From positions 1 to 36,958 of the forward strand of contig CALCEG010000006.1 in NCBI GenBank assembly GCA_937900435.1: a stretch of DNA of 36,958 nucleotides, given 5' to 3'. The stretch comes from an uncultured Alphaproteobacteria bacterium (GTDB lineage: Bacteria > Pseudomonadota > Alphaproteobacteria > Rs-D84). How positions within the stretch are numbered: position 1 is the first letter of the stretch; the number at the start of each line of letters is the position of its first letter. Positions 24,002 through 30,778 of this stretch are shown piece after piece. A program made the position numbers and the translations under genes. Below the pieces are notes generated by a model. That model had not been told where the DNA came from. It ran no database searches and saw nothing but the letters and a program-made list of their open reading frames with translations.

Positions 24002-24311
24002 ACTTAAATGTCCGTTCTGTCAGCAGAAATTACAATATGATGACCTGCTTTGCAATTGCATAAATGAACATTGTGAAGAAAGTTTTGATATGGTCGGGAC
24101 AGAAATGCTTTGGCAAAAAGTTATAGACCTAAAACAAGAAATAGACAGCACACGCAAGGCATTAGATGTCGCTGTTGATGCGATTAAAAACGCAACAGAA
24201 TATCTGGGCAACCAAGAACCACTTGTTGATGTTATGGCAATGAATCTACACACAGATTTATCAAAAGCACTAGAACAAATAACAGCACTAGAACAAAAGG
24301 AAGAACAATGA
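23994..24311 (+). CDS. Zn-ribbon/coiled-coil protein, paralog 1 of 3
   Basis: ATG 23994 follows AAAGGTGG (the track start is GTG 23985). It carries CPFCQQKL...CNCINEHC...MVGTEMLWQKV and ends in EQITALEQK. Confidence 0.75.
   Translation: MSKLKCPFCQQKLQYDDLLCNCINEHCEESFDMVGTEMLWQKVIDLKQEIDSTRKALDVAVDAIKNATEYLGNQEPLVDVMAMNLHTDLSKALEQITALEQKEEQ
24270..24301 (+). repeat. 32-bp perfect direct repeat, copy 1 (3' end of paralog 1)
   Basis: CTAGAACAAATAACAGCACTAGAACAAAAGGA is identical to 24724-24755. Confidence 0.95.
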
Positions 24312-24484
24312 TAACAGATAAAGACAGAGTTATAAAAGTTAGTTTTTATTATCAACCAACAGATGATATATTTGATGCTGATGATATGCGTAATGCTTTA
24401 TATAACTTTTTAGATAGTTTTAAGATGTATGATTTACAAGTCAAAGACACAACGATAGAACACGAACAAAAGGATGTAAAATGA
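24308..24484 (+). CDS. Hypothetical 58-aa acidic protein (below the track cutoff)
   Basis: ATGA overlaps at both ends. It reads MITDKDRVIKVSFYYQPTDDIFDADDMRNALYNFLDSFKMYDLQVKDTTIEHEQKDVK. Confidence 0.55.
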   Translation: MITDKDRVIKVSFYYQPTDDIFDADDMRNALYNFLDSFKMYDLQVKDTTIEHEQKDVK

Positions 24485-24759
24485 CAGATAAATTACTTTG
24501 CCCGTTTTGCAACAAACCATTACAGCCAACACATCGTATAGAAGATGAGTATTTTTGTGAAAATTATGATTGCCCCCAGACAAGTCTTACTTGGGTTGGC
24601 ACAAGTTCATTATGGAAAGCATTTGCAGACACAAAGAAGAAACTTGATGTCGCTATTGATGCGTTGAAAATAGCAAGAGATTGTTGCAGTGATTATAGTA
24701 TTGAGTGTTTAGCACACGAAACCCTAGAACAAATAACAGCACTAGAACAAAAGGATTAA
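24481..24759 (+). CDS. Zn-ribbon/coiled-coil protein, paralog 2 of 3
   Basis: CPFCNKPL...CENYDCPQ...WVGTSSLWKAF...LDVAIDALK...EQITALEQK. Confidence 0.8.
   Translation: MTDKLLCPFCNKPLQPTHRIEDEYFCENYDCPQTSLTWVGTSSLWKAFADTKKKLDVAIDALKIARDCCSDYSIECLAHETLEQITALEQKD
24724..24755 (+). repeat. 32-bp perfect direct repeat, copy 2 (3' end of paralog 2)
   Basis: Identical to 24270-24301. Confidence 0.95.
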
Positions 24760-24906
24760 ATGATGTGGTGGAAATTAAAACAATTATTTTGTTTGCACAA
24801 ATGGGTATTTTTTACCGAATATGACGAATCAAATAATCGTAATTCGCATCATTATACAATTTGGCAATGCGACAAATGCGACAAAGTAAAAATTACAAGA
24901 AAGTAG
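24760..24906 (+). CDS. Small Cys-rich protein, C-x-H-K-W ... C-x-x-C type (DUF1660-like), 48 aa
   Basis: MMWWKLKQLFCLHKWVFF...WQCDKCDKV. The same pattern occurs in 29815-30177. Confidence 0.5.
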   Translation: MMWWKLKQLFCLHKWVFFTEYDESNNRNSHHYTIWQCDKCDKVKITRK

Positions 24907-24946
24907 TAGAACAAAAGGAATAAAACAACAACCAAAAGGAAAGGAA

Positions 24947-25225
24947 ATGAAAATAAAAAATTTGCGTTATGGTGTGTTTTATAGACCCATAGATACACCG
25001 ATGGGAAAGCAAGGTTGGTGTGGCGATATACATTATGACGAATTTACGCCACACAGAAATAATAAGAACAGTAGTCGGGACAACCGCCATGTTATCGCTG
25101 CAAACTGGACCCATCGTGAATTACACTTTGGTCCGTGTGATAACGAATCGGAATTGAGAGAGATTTACCAGCCAGAAGTCGAAAGATTGCAAGAGATAGA
25201 AAAAAATCCAGTTTATGAAAAATAA
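24947..25225 (+). CDS. Hypothetical 92-aa protein
   Basis: ORF track. AAAGGAAAGGA lies upstream. Confidence 0.75.
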   Translation: MKIKNLRYGVFYRPIDTPMGKQGWCGDIHYDEFTPHRNNKNSSRDNRHVIAANWTHRELHFGPCDNESELREIYQPEVERLQEIEKNPVYEK

Positions 25226-25228
25226 CAC

Positions 25229-25257
25229 TTGACTATTATAAAAATGTTAACTATAAT
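25229..25257 (+). promoter_or_regulatory. Promoter P-C (TTGACT-17-TATAAT), near-duplicate of P-B
   Basis: TTGACT at 25229-25234, TATAAT at 25252-25257. It is followed by a ~115-nt GC-richer leader containing the hairpin TTGCGA-N18-TCGCAA. Confidence 0.75.
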
Positions 25258-25378
25258 ATATATACATAAGAAGGCAGATAGTCGGCAATTTTGCGAGATA
25301 AACCGATAATCCGGTCGCAAACGGAGGGATACGGGCAAACTGTATTACCAGCCCTCGCCAAAGATAAGGACGAACAAT

Positions 25379-25816
25379 ATGCGCGAATTACAATCATACG
25401 ACGACATAGACCAAACGAACCCGGCGGACAGAATCCGCGCCGCCGCACCTGCATTCTTTGTTGATGCTATGAAAAAATATCTGGCTCGTAATTCGATTCG
25501 GACAACTGCCCCAGAGTTCGCGTTTTATTGTGCGTGCACCTGGGACGAACAGAAAGATTGGTTATCAGCAGACAATATAAATGACGTGCTGCGTGAAATT
25601 GTTTGTAATTTACAATACCCACGCTTGCCAGCCGATACGGACTGGGTCAAACCACGCGGGGAATACTATGTTGAAAAGCATAGACAAGAGCAAGAACTGG
25701 AATATCAAAAGAGTAAAGCACTTGAAAAGCCACGTTCTAAACCAACACCAGAACAGATTGCACGTGTAGAAAAGATTTTAGGCGGTTGTATCAAACCGTT
25801 AAACTTAAATTCTTGA
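25379..25816 (+). CDS. Hypothetical 145-aa protein
   Basis: ORF track. TAAGGA lies 8 nt upstream. Confidence 0.75.
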   Translation: MRELQSYDDIDQTNPADRIRAAAPAFFVDAMKKYLARNSIRTTAPEFAFYCACTWDEQKDWLSADNINDVLREIVCNLQYPRLPADTDWVKPRGEYYVEKHRQEQELEYQKSKALEKPRSKPTPEQIARVEKILGGCIKPLNLNS

Positions 25817-25840
25817 CATTATATTATAAGGGGGTATAAT
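25813..25840 (+). promoter_or_regulatory. Promoter P-D (TTGACA-16-TATAAT) dedicated to the homing endonuclease gene
   Basis: TTGACA at 25813-25818, TATAAT at 25835-25840. Only 6 nt separate the -10 from ATG 25847. Confidence 0.65.
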
Positions 25841-25846
25841 AAAACT

Positions 25847-26425
25847 ATGAAAGAAATTTGGAAACCTGTTTATATAAAAGAATTTGCGGACCTTTATCAA
25901 GTGTCTAATCTTGGTCGTGTTAAAAGATTACAACATACCATCACAAGAAAAACTAGATATGGTTATATTAGAGATTTTGTTTTTCAAGAAAAAATTATTA
26001 AACCGCATATATGGGGAACTTATTATCACTTAGGATTACATAATAACGGAAAAAACAAATGGGTTTATTTGCATAGGTTAGTTGCGATGGCGTTTGTTGA
26101 TAATCCTAATGTATTGCCACAAGTAAATCATAAAGACGGAAACAAATTTAATTGTTGTGCCGATAATTTAGAATGGGTATCGGCTTCTAACAACATTAAA
26201 CACGCTTACGATATTGGATTAAACAAAAACAGTAAAAAAGTTCAATGTATTGAAACAGGCAAAATATATAATTCTATAACAGAAGCAGCGAAAGAGTTAA
26301 AAACAAGTCCGAAATATATAAGTGCTGTCTTAAATAAATTAAAATATAAAAACAAAGCAACAAAAACTGGTTTTTATACACCAAAAACCGTAAAAGGCAA
26401 TCATTTTAAGTTTATAAAGGAGTAA
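25847..26425 (+). CDS. Free-standing HNH homing endonuclease (NUMOD4 + HNH_3 type)
   Basis: EIWKPV...YQVSNLGRVKR is a NUMOD4-like N-terminus. VNHKDGNKFNCCADNLEWVSASNNIKH is the HNH motif, followed by a C-terminal helix-turn-helix-like module. Confidence 0.85.
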   Translation: MKEIWKPVYIKEFADLYQVSNLGRVKRLQHTITRKTRYGYIRDFVFQEKIIKPHIWGTYYHLGLHNNGKNKWVYLHRLVAMAFVDNPNVLPQVNHKDGNKFNCCADNLEWVSASNNIKHAYDIGLNKNSKKVQCIETGKIYNSITEAAKELKTSPKYISAVLNKLKYKNKATKTGFYTPKTVKGNHFKFIKE

Positions 26426-26431
26426 TATACA

Positions 26432-27178
26432 ATGAAAAGTGAAAATCGCCATTTCTGGCAACTTCGCCAACATTTCTACGGGGACGCAGGAACGTTTGAT
26501 ATACAAACAAATCCTGAATGGTTAGCGGTCCGTCGTGGTAAATTCACAGCGTCCGAGGCAGCCGATATGTTGTCCAGTTCACGCAGCAAAGACGAAGTTC
26601 TTGGTAAAACAGCCAAGGCAGTATGTCGTCGTGTATTGACAGACAGATTTACAAGTTTTGAACGTCCGGCAGACAAAGACGCTTGGGCATTAAAAGATTC
26701 TGTTGCTCGTGGATTGCAGTTAGAACCACGTGCTCGTGAATTATACGAATCACAAACAGGATTCGAAGTAAAAGAATGTGGATTTGTGGAACATTGCAGC
26801 GGTTGGTTTGGTTTTTCGCCAGATGGAATTGTTGAGGACGAAAATATGGGAATTGAAATCAAATGCCCAGAACCAGACAACGCACAACGCCTGATTGAGG
26901 AAGTTGGCGACCCAGACCACTTAAAACAAATTGCCTTTGCAATGTGGGTTGATGGTCTTGATTGTTATGATTATGTTGTATATTCGCCTGAATTATGTCA
27001 AGGTTTAGAACTGGACGACCAAGTGTTTATATTCAGTTTTTCAAGGGACGAATTACAGGAATATATAGATGAAATCGACAAACGTGCACCGATATTACTG
27101 GAATACGTAAATAAATCTGTATCGAACCTTAAAAAGATTGGTAAAAAACGTCAATTTATACATGCACGGAGTAAATAA
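26432..27178 (+). CDS. YqaJ-type (lambda Exo-like, PD-(D/E)xK) recombination exonuclease
   Basis: WLAVRRGKFTASEA ... GLQLEPRARELY ... FSPDGIVEDENMGIEIKCP matches the YqaJ viral recombinase pattern. Confidence 0.8.
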   Translation: MKSENRHFWQLRQHFYGDAGTFDIQTNPEWLAVRRGKFTASEAADMLSSSRSKDEVLGKTAKAVCRRVLTDRFTSFERPADKDAWALKDSVARGLQLEPRARELYESQTGFEVKECGFVEHCSGWFGFSPDGIVEDENMGIEIKCPEPDNAQRLIEEVGDPDHLKQIAFAMWVDGLDCYDYVVYSPELCQGLELDDQVFIFSFSRDELQEYIDEIDKRAPILLEYVNKSVSNLKKIGKKRQFIHARSK

Positions 27179-27179
27179 T

Positions 27180-27647
27180 ATGATTGAACGCAAAAAACAA
27201 TTTGGGTCTAGTTTGCATAACTTGTCCAAAAAACGTTTGGCTGAAATGCAGAATGGAACATATAAACCAAAGAAACCAAAACCGATTCGCAAAGTATCGT
27301 CCAAGATGGCAAAACGCGTCAAGGATTATAGGGAGGTTGCATTTAGAACCTGGGGGGAACGCTGTTTTATTTGTGGACGCCCTGCACCACGCACAGAACT
27401 TGACGTGCACCACCCATTCTTGCGTGGCAATGGCGATAACGTGGTTATTCCATTGTGTAAGAAAGGTTGCGGTTGCGGTGCTCATAACCACACAGGAAAC
27501 GATAAAAGATTACTGGAAATCAACAAAGTAATCTATAACAAACTGTATATGATGGGACAGGCATACGTATTCAACAATGAATCCAAGCGTTTATATGGTG
27601 TTGATTACCCAACATATTACAAACAAGCACAAGGAACCAACAAATGA
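27180..27647 (+). CDS. HNH/Zn-finger nuclease-like protein (NinG/DUF968-like, tentative)
   Basis: CFICGRP...ELDVHHPFLRGNGDNVVIPLCKKGCGCGAHNH. ATG 27180 lies just after the upstream stop. Confidence 0.45.
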   Translation: MIERKKQFGSSLHNLSKKRLAEMQNGTYKPKKPKPIRKVSSKMAKRVKDYREVAFRTWGERCFICGRPAPRTELDVHHPFLRGNGDNVVIPLCKKGCGCGAHNHTGNDKRLLEINKVIYNKLYMMGQAYVFNNESKRLYGVDYPTYYKQAQGTNK

Positions 27648-27754
27648 AAACATTACTGATAATTTTAATAGTTTTGATTCTGTTTATTTTGTGCCACGGC
27701 ATAAAAATAACCATTAAAATCGATGATGAACCAGAAAAAAAGGACGAAAAATGA
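27644..27754 (+). CDS. 36-aa single-TM peptide (below the track cutoff)
   Basis: MKTLLIILIVLILFILCHGIKITIKIDDEPEKKDEK, with ATGA overlaps at both ends. Confidence 0.5.
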   Translation: MKTLLIILIVLILFILCHGIKITIKIDDEPEKKDEK

Positions 27755-27951
27755 ACGAATTACATATATCGCCTTTGGAACGATTATTTACATTTGCCAA
27801 ACAAAACGGCATAACAAAACGTCAAATTGGGATTGTATGTTATGGCAAAAATTGGCGACTAATATATCGTTTATCTGATGCACGCATTATAGAAAGAAAT
27901 AAAAAAATCGAAAATGCAATCCGTAAAATTATGGAGGCAAACAATGCTTAG
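27751..27951 (+). CDS. Hypothetical 66-aa protein (possible small HTH)
   Basis: ORF track. AAGGA lies upstream. Confidence 0.7.
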   Translation: MNELHISPLERLFTFAKQNGITKRQIGIVCYGKNWRLIYRLSDARIIERNKKIENAIRKIMEANNA

Positions 27952-28099
27952 TTGTGAGCAAAAACTAGAACAAAGAGAATCGTTTATTGATGAAATATAT
28001 CAAATTCTAATGAATAGTTCTAGTAAAGCCTTTACAGTATTACGATTACAGGACTTAATAAAAGAGCAAATAGAACGCCAAAAATTAGGATTGGTTTAA
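27944..28099 (+). CDS. Hypothetical 51-aa protein
   Basis: Internal ATG of track ORF 27914-28099, preceded by GGAGG. Confidence 0.55.
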   Translation: MLSCEQKLEQRESFIDEIYQILMNSSSKAFTVLRLQDLIKEQIERQKLGLV

Positions 28100-28145
28100 A
28101 AAAAGGAGCGTAAGGTGACAGGGCTGGTAATATTGTAGCGGGTCT

Positions 28146-28172
28146 TTGATTATTTATTTCCGCTGGTATTAT
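28146..28172 (+). promoter_or_regulatory. Possible promoter (TTGATT-15-TATTAT with TG extension)
   Basis: TTGATT at 28146-28151, TGgTATTAT at 28164-28172, in a 130-bp gap before gene 28233. The spacer is short. Confidence 0.3.
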
Positions 28173-28232
28173 CCTGCAAACACTCCGCCAGTAGTGCGCC
28201 CAAAACTGGCACAACAAACAAAAGGACGTAAA

Positions 28233-28493
28233 ATGAGATGCCCATACTGTAATAAAACACTAAAAACAATGAAATTTAATGATACTTTCACTTGTTTAAA
28301 CCCAAATTGCAAACAGAGTTTAGGTATGATTGGCACAGAATTTATGTGGGAAAAGGTTGCGAGTTTGGCAAAAATACGCAACGCAAGCAAAAAATATACC
28401 ACAAAGCCAGAGATAAAAGAAAAACGAACAAAGTATATGCGAAACTATCGCAAAAAACATTTTGCCAATGCCAGCAAAAAGGTAGAAAAATAG
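28233..28493 (+). CDS. Zn-ribbon protein, paralog 3 of 3 (basic C-terminal tail)
   Basis: CPYCNKTL...CLNPNCKQSLGMIGTEFMWEKV. ATG 28233 is preceded by ACAAAAGGACGTAAA. Confidence 0.75.
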   Translation: MRCPYCNKTLKTMKFNDTFTCLNPNCKQSLGMIGTEFMWEKVASLAKIRNASKKYTTKPEIKEKRTKYMRNYRKKHFANASKKVEK

Positions 28494-28502
28494 GGGAATA
28501 AA

Positions 28503-28919
28503 ATGGAAAAATGGAAATTGGTTGAAACGACAGAAAACGGCAGATGGCGTATTTATAAAAGAGAAAAACCATTAAAATTTGCGCCAAGCTTTCTTGGTGA
28601 AAAAATTATTCCTATGGAAGAATGGTATAAAGAATCAAATGGTCTTACACCAAAGGATTATCTTGAACACTTGCCACAAACATTTGATACGGTTATTGTA
28701 AGCGATGCCCGTACCCATCCGGAAAGATTGTGTTTTTTGGCAGACAGGTGGAAAGACACGAGGGACGGTAGAGAGTTTTGGGAAATAAACAAATCGTTAT
28801 GTGGTCGCAACACAGGAATGTATTATAATTTTGGTGGCGATGACACCGCTATTAAAGACGACAAGGTATATTTGAGATTTTTAGATTTAATACAAACCAA
28901 AGGTGGTGACAATGAGTGA
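28503..28919 (+). CDS. Hypothetical 138-aa protein
   Basis: ORF track. It ends TKGGDNE-stop, with the same AAAGGTGG-N-ACAATGAGT junction as gene 23675-24001. Confidence 0.75.
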   Translation: MEKWKLVETTENGRWRIYKREKPLKFAPSFLGEKIIPMEEWYKESNGLTPKDYLEHLPQTFDTVIVSDARTHPERLCFLADRWKDTRDGREFWEINKSLCGRNTGMYYNFGGDDTAIKDDKVYLRFLDLIQTKGGDNE

Positions 28920-29058
28920 TATTACACTTACTTATACATCAGATGGACAGATTCAAACATTTTATGCTGATGCTGTCTATTACGGCGTTAAATTCATAGC
29001 AGACCAACCGTTGCCGCGTGGTTGGAAAATACAAATAAAGGTAATAAAAGATGAGTAA
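28912..29058 (+). CDS. Hypothetical 48-aa protein (below the track cutoff)
   Basis: ATG follows AAAGGTGG. It has junction overlaps at both ends (ATGAGTGA and GATGAGTAA). Confidence 0.5.
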   Translation: MSDITLTYTSDGQIQTFYADAVYYGVKFIADQPLPRGWKIQIKVIKDE

Positions 29059-29242
29059 TTCATTTAGTGAAACGGTTTTAATGAAAACTGATTTGATTAA
29101 AAAATTAGAAAACGCAGTAAATAAATTTGCTAATAAAAGTGATACAAAAAATAGGTTTGAGATGTTTTACGAATTTCAACCATTATTACACGAAGCAATA
29201 AATGCAACAAAACGATATTTAGAACAAAAGGATGTAAAATGA
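29051..29242 (+). CDS. Hypothetical 63-aa protein
   Basis: ORF track. It ends YLEQKDVK and overlaps the next gene by ATGA. Confidence 0.7.
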   Translation: MSNSFSETVLMKTDLIKKLENAVNKFANKSDTKNRFEMFYEFQPLLHEAINATKRYLEQKDVK

Positions 29243-29646
29243 AATTGTGGTGTTGTGGTTGTAATGATTATGTGGAAGCGGAATTGTGCGGTGGCAACAT
29301 CATATACCCACACCGTCCAGACCTGTATAAATTAAAATTTTATCGGTGTCCGCATTGTAAAAACTATGTTGGCACGCATAAAAAATGGGGTATGGGAACG
29401 GACGGCAGAAAACATAATATTCGTGCGTTCGGTTGTATTCCAACACCCGAACTTAAAATCGCACGTCACAAGATACACGAAATACTTGACCCGTTGTGGC
29501 AGGGCAACAAACCGTCAGGAACACGCAAAAAAATCTACAAGCGATTGTCTGATGCGTTGGGTTATGAATACCACACAGGCAACACAAGAACAATAGAAGA
29601 GTGCCGAACCGTATATCGTTTGGTAAAAGCAATGTATAACAATTAA
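29239..29646 (+). CDS. Zn-ribbon protein (DUF3268-like pattern)
   Basis: CCGCNDYVEAELCGGNIIYPHRPDLYKLKFYRCPHCKNYVGTH ... HKIHEILDPLW. Confidence 0.55.
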   Translation: MKLWCCGCNDYVEAELCGGNIIYPHRPDLYKLKFYRCPHCKNYVGTHKKWGMGTDGRKHNIRAFGCIPTPELKIARHKIHEILDPLWQGNKPSGTRKKIYKRLSDALGYEYHTGNTRTIEECRTVYRLVKAMYNN

Positions 29647-29668
29647 AACAGAACAAAAGGATTAAGCG

Positions 29669-29818
29669 ATGACGATAGAAAAAACACCTATTACTGATAA
29701 CTGTCGCTTTGCGTTAGGATTTTCTGTTTGGAAATATAAAAAATTCAAATGCACGAATCTCTATCTTGGAAAATTGTTAATACAAATAATAAAACAAAAA
29801 AAAGGAGGAAAAAATTGA
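29669..29818 (+). CDS. Hypothetical 49-aa protein (below the track cutoff)
   Basis: ATG follows GAACAAAAGGAT. Its stop overlaps the TTG start of the next gene (TTGA). Confidence 0.4.
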   Translation: MTIEKTPITDNCRFALGFSVWKYKKFKCTNLYLGKLLIQIIKQKKGGKN

Positions 29819-30177
29819 AAATACTTTGTTTTTTAGGATTCCACAAATGGAAAAAAATTGAATCAGAATCATACGGAACGCATACTGTTATATTACGGTG
29901 TGAACGCTGCAAATCTGAAATACGGTTTGAATATACGGACGCTGGTGCACAACATATCAGCGGTCAAGTATCTTGGATTAAACCACGAACCAGCAAACAA
30001 AAAGCAGCGGTCCGTAAGTATTTCAAGGCAATACTGAAAAAGCATAAGATTCTTGAAATGGCTGGATTGCCAAAGCGTGATAAAAACGGTTTTTCTTATT
30101 CGTTGGGGAACAGAAAGCAAAGACGGGCAACCGCAAGAAGTTATAACAGATACAAACGGAGTATAAAAAATGGTTGA
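29815..30177 (+). CDS. Cys-rich C-x-x-G-F-H-K-W ... C-x-x-C protein with a basic tail; probable TTG start
   Basis: AAAGGAGGA (29801-29809) lies 5 nt before TTG 29815. It carries LKILCFLGFHKW...LRCERCKS. The track ORF start at 29749 lacks an RBS. Confidence 0.55.
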   Translation: MKILCFLGFHKWKKIESESYGTHTVILRCERCKSEIRFEYTDAGAQHISGQVSWIKPRTSKQKAAVRKYFKAILKKHKILEMAGLPKRDKNGFSYSLGNRKQRRATARSYNRYKRSIKNG

Positions 30178-30316
30178 TTTTTGGTTTGGATTTTTTATCG
30201 CTTTGATTCTTGCGTATTTTTGGCATTTAGGCGATAGTGCCGAAAAAGCAAAAGAGGACGCAGAGTATGAAAAAGAAATAGTTCGCAAACAAATTGAAAA
30301 ACGCGGAGGTTTATAA
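30170..30316 (+). CDS. 48-aa single-TM protein (below the track cutoff)
   Basis: MVDFWFGFFIALILAYFWHLGD... Its stop overlaps the next start (TAATG). Confidence 0.5.
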   Translation: MVDFWFGFFIALILAYFWHLGDSAEKAKEDAEYEKEIVRKQIEKRGGL

Positions 30317-30753
30317 TGGCACGTCCAAGATTATCAGACGAGGAAAGGGAAAAGCGCAGGGCTGCGTCAATCGCCAGATACACATTAAAAAAAGGTCATA
30401 TTCCAGGTGCAGTCGGAAAACCACCTGCCAATATTGACCGTCAAAAAGAAGTTGTGGCTGGCAACCTATTTGTAAAAGAAAGCCCACGACGCGTCAAAAT
30501 GCCTCTATTACCAACAAATCCAACACCACAGGATTTGAAAGATTTTATTCTTGCGTTGGCAGAGGAAGCCGCACGTTCTGGGAGTGCGCCAGCAATGATT
30601 GCAGCAGCCAATACATTACAAAAAGAGATTGACCGATTCGAACGAACAAATCCACCGAAAGCGGAACCGCCTAAACCGCGTCCACGTATTCCAGTGGAAG
30701 TTGAAATCGAAACGGTTATTTGTCCACATTGCCACAAATCATTTGAAGTATAA
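30316..30753 (+). CDS. Hypothetical 145-aa basic/Pro-rich protein with a C-terminal CPHC (small terminase candidate by position only)
   Basis: ORF track. The N-terminus is MARPRLSDEEREKRR. It lies two genes upstream of the large terminase. Confidence 0.3.
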   Translation: MARPRLSDEEREKRRAASIARYTLKKGHIPGAVGKPPANIDRQKEVVAGNLFVKESPRRVKMPLLPTNPTPQDLKDFILALAEEAARSGSAPAMIAAANTLQKEIDRFERTNPPKAEPPKPRPRIPVEVEIETVICPHCHKSFEV

Positions 30754-30778
30754 TCAAAAAAAACAAAAGGAGTAAAAA

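Noticed and set aside
25258-25378. The GC-richer 115-nt leader after promoter P-C as a riboswitch or small RNA
   Set aside because: Only short hairpins are present (TTGCGA-N18-TCGCAA, GAGGG...CCCTC). There is no terminator and no recognisable riboswitch core. It is noted only as a structured leader.
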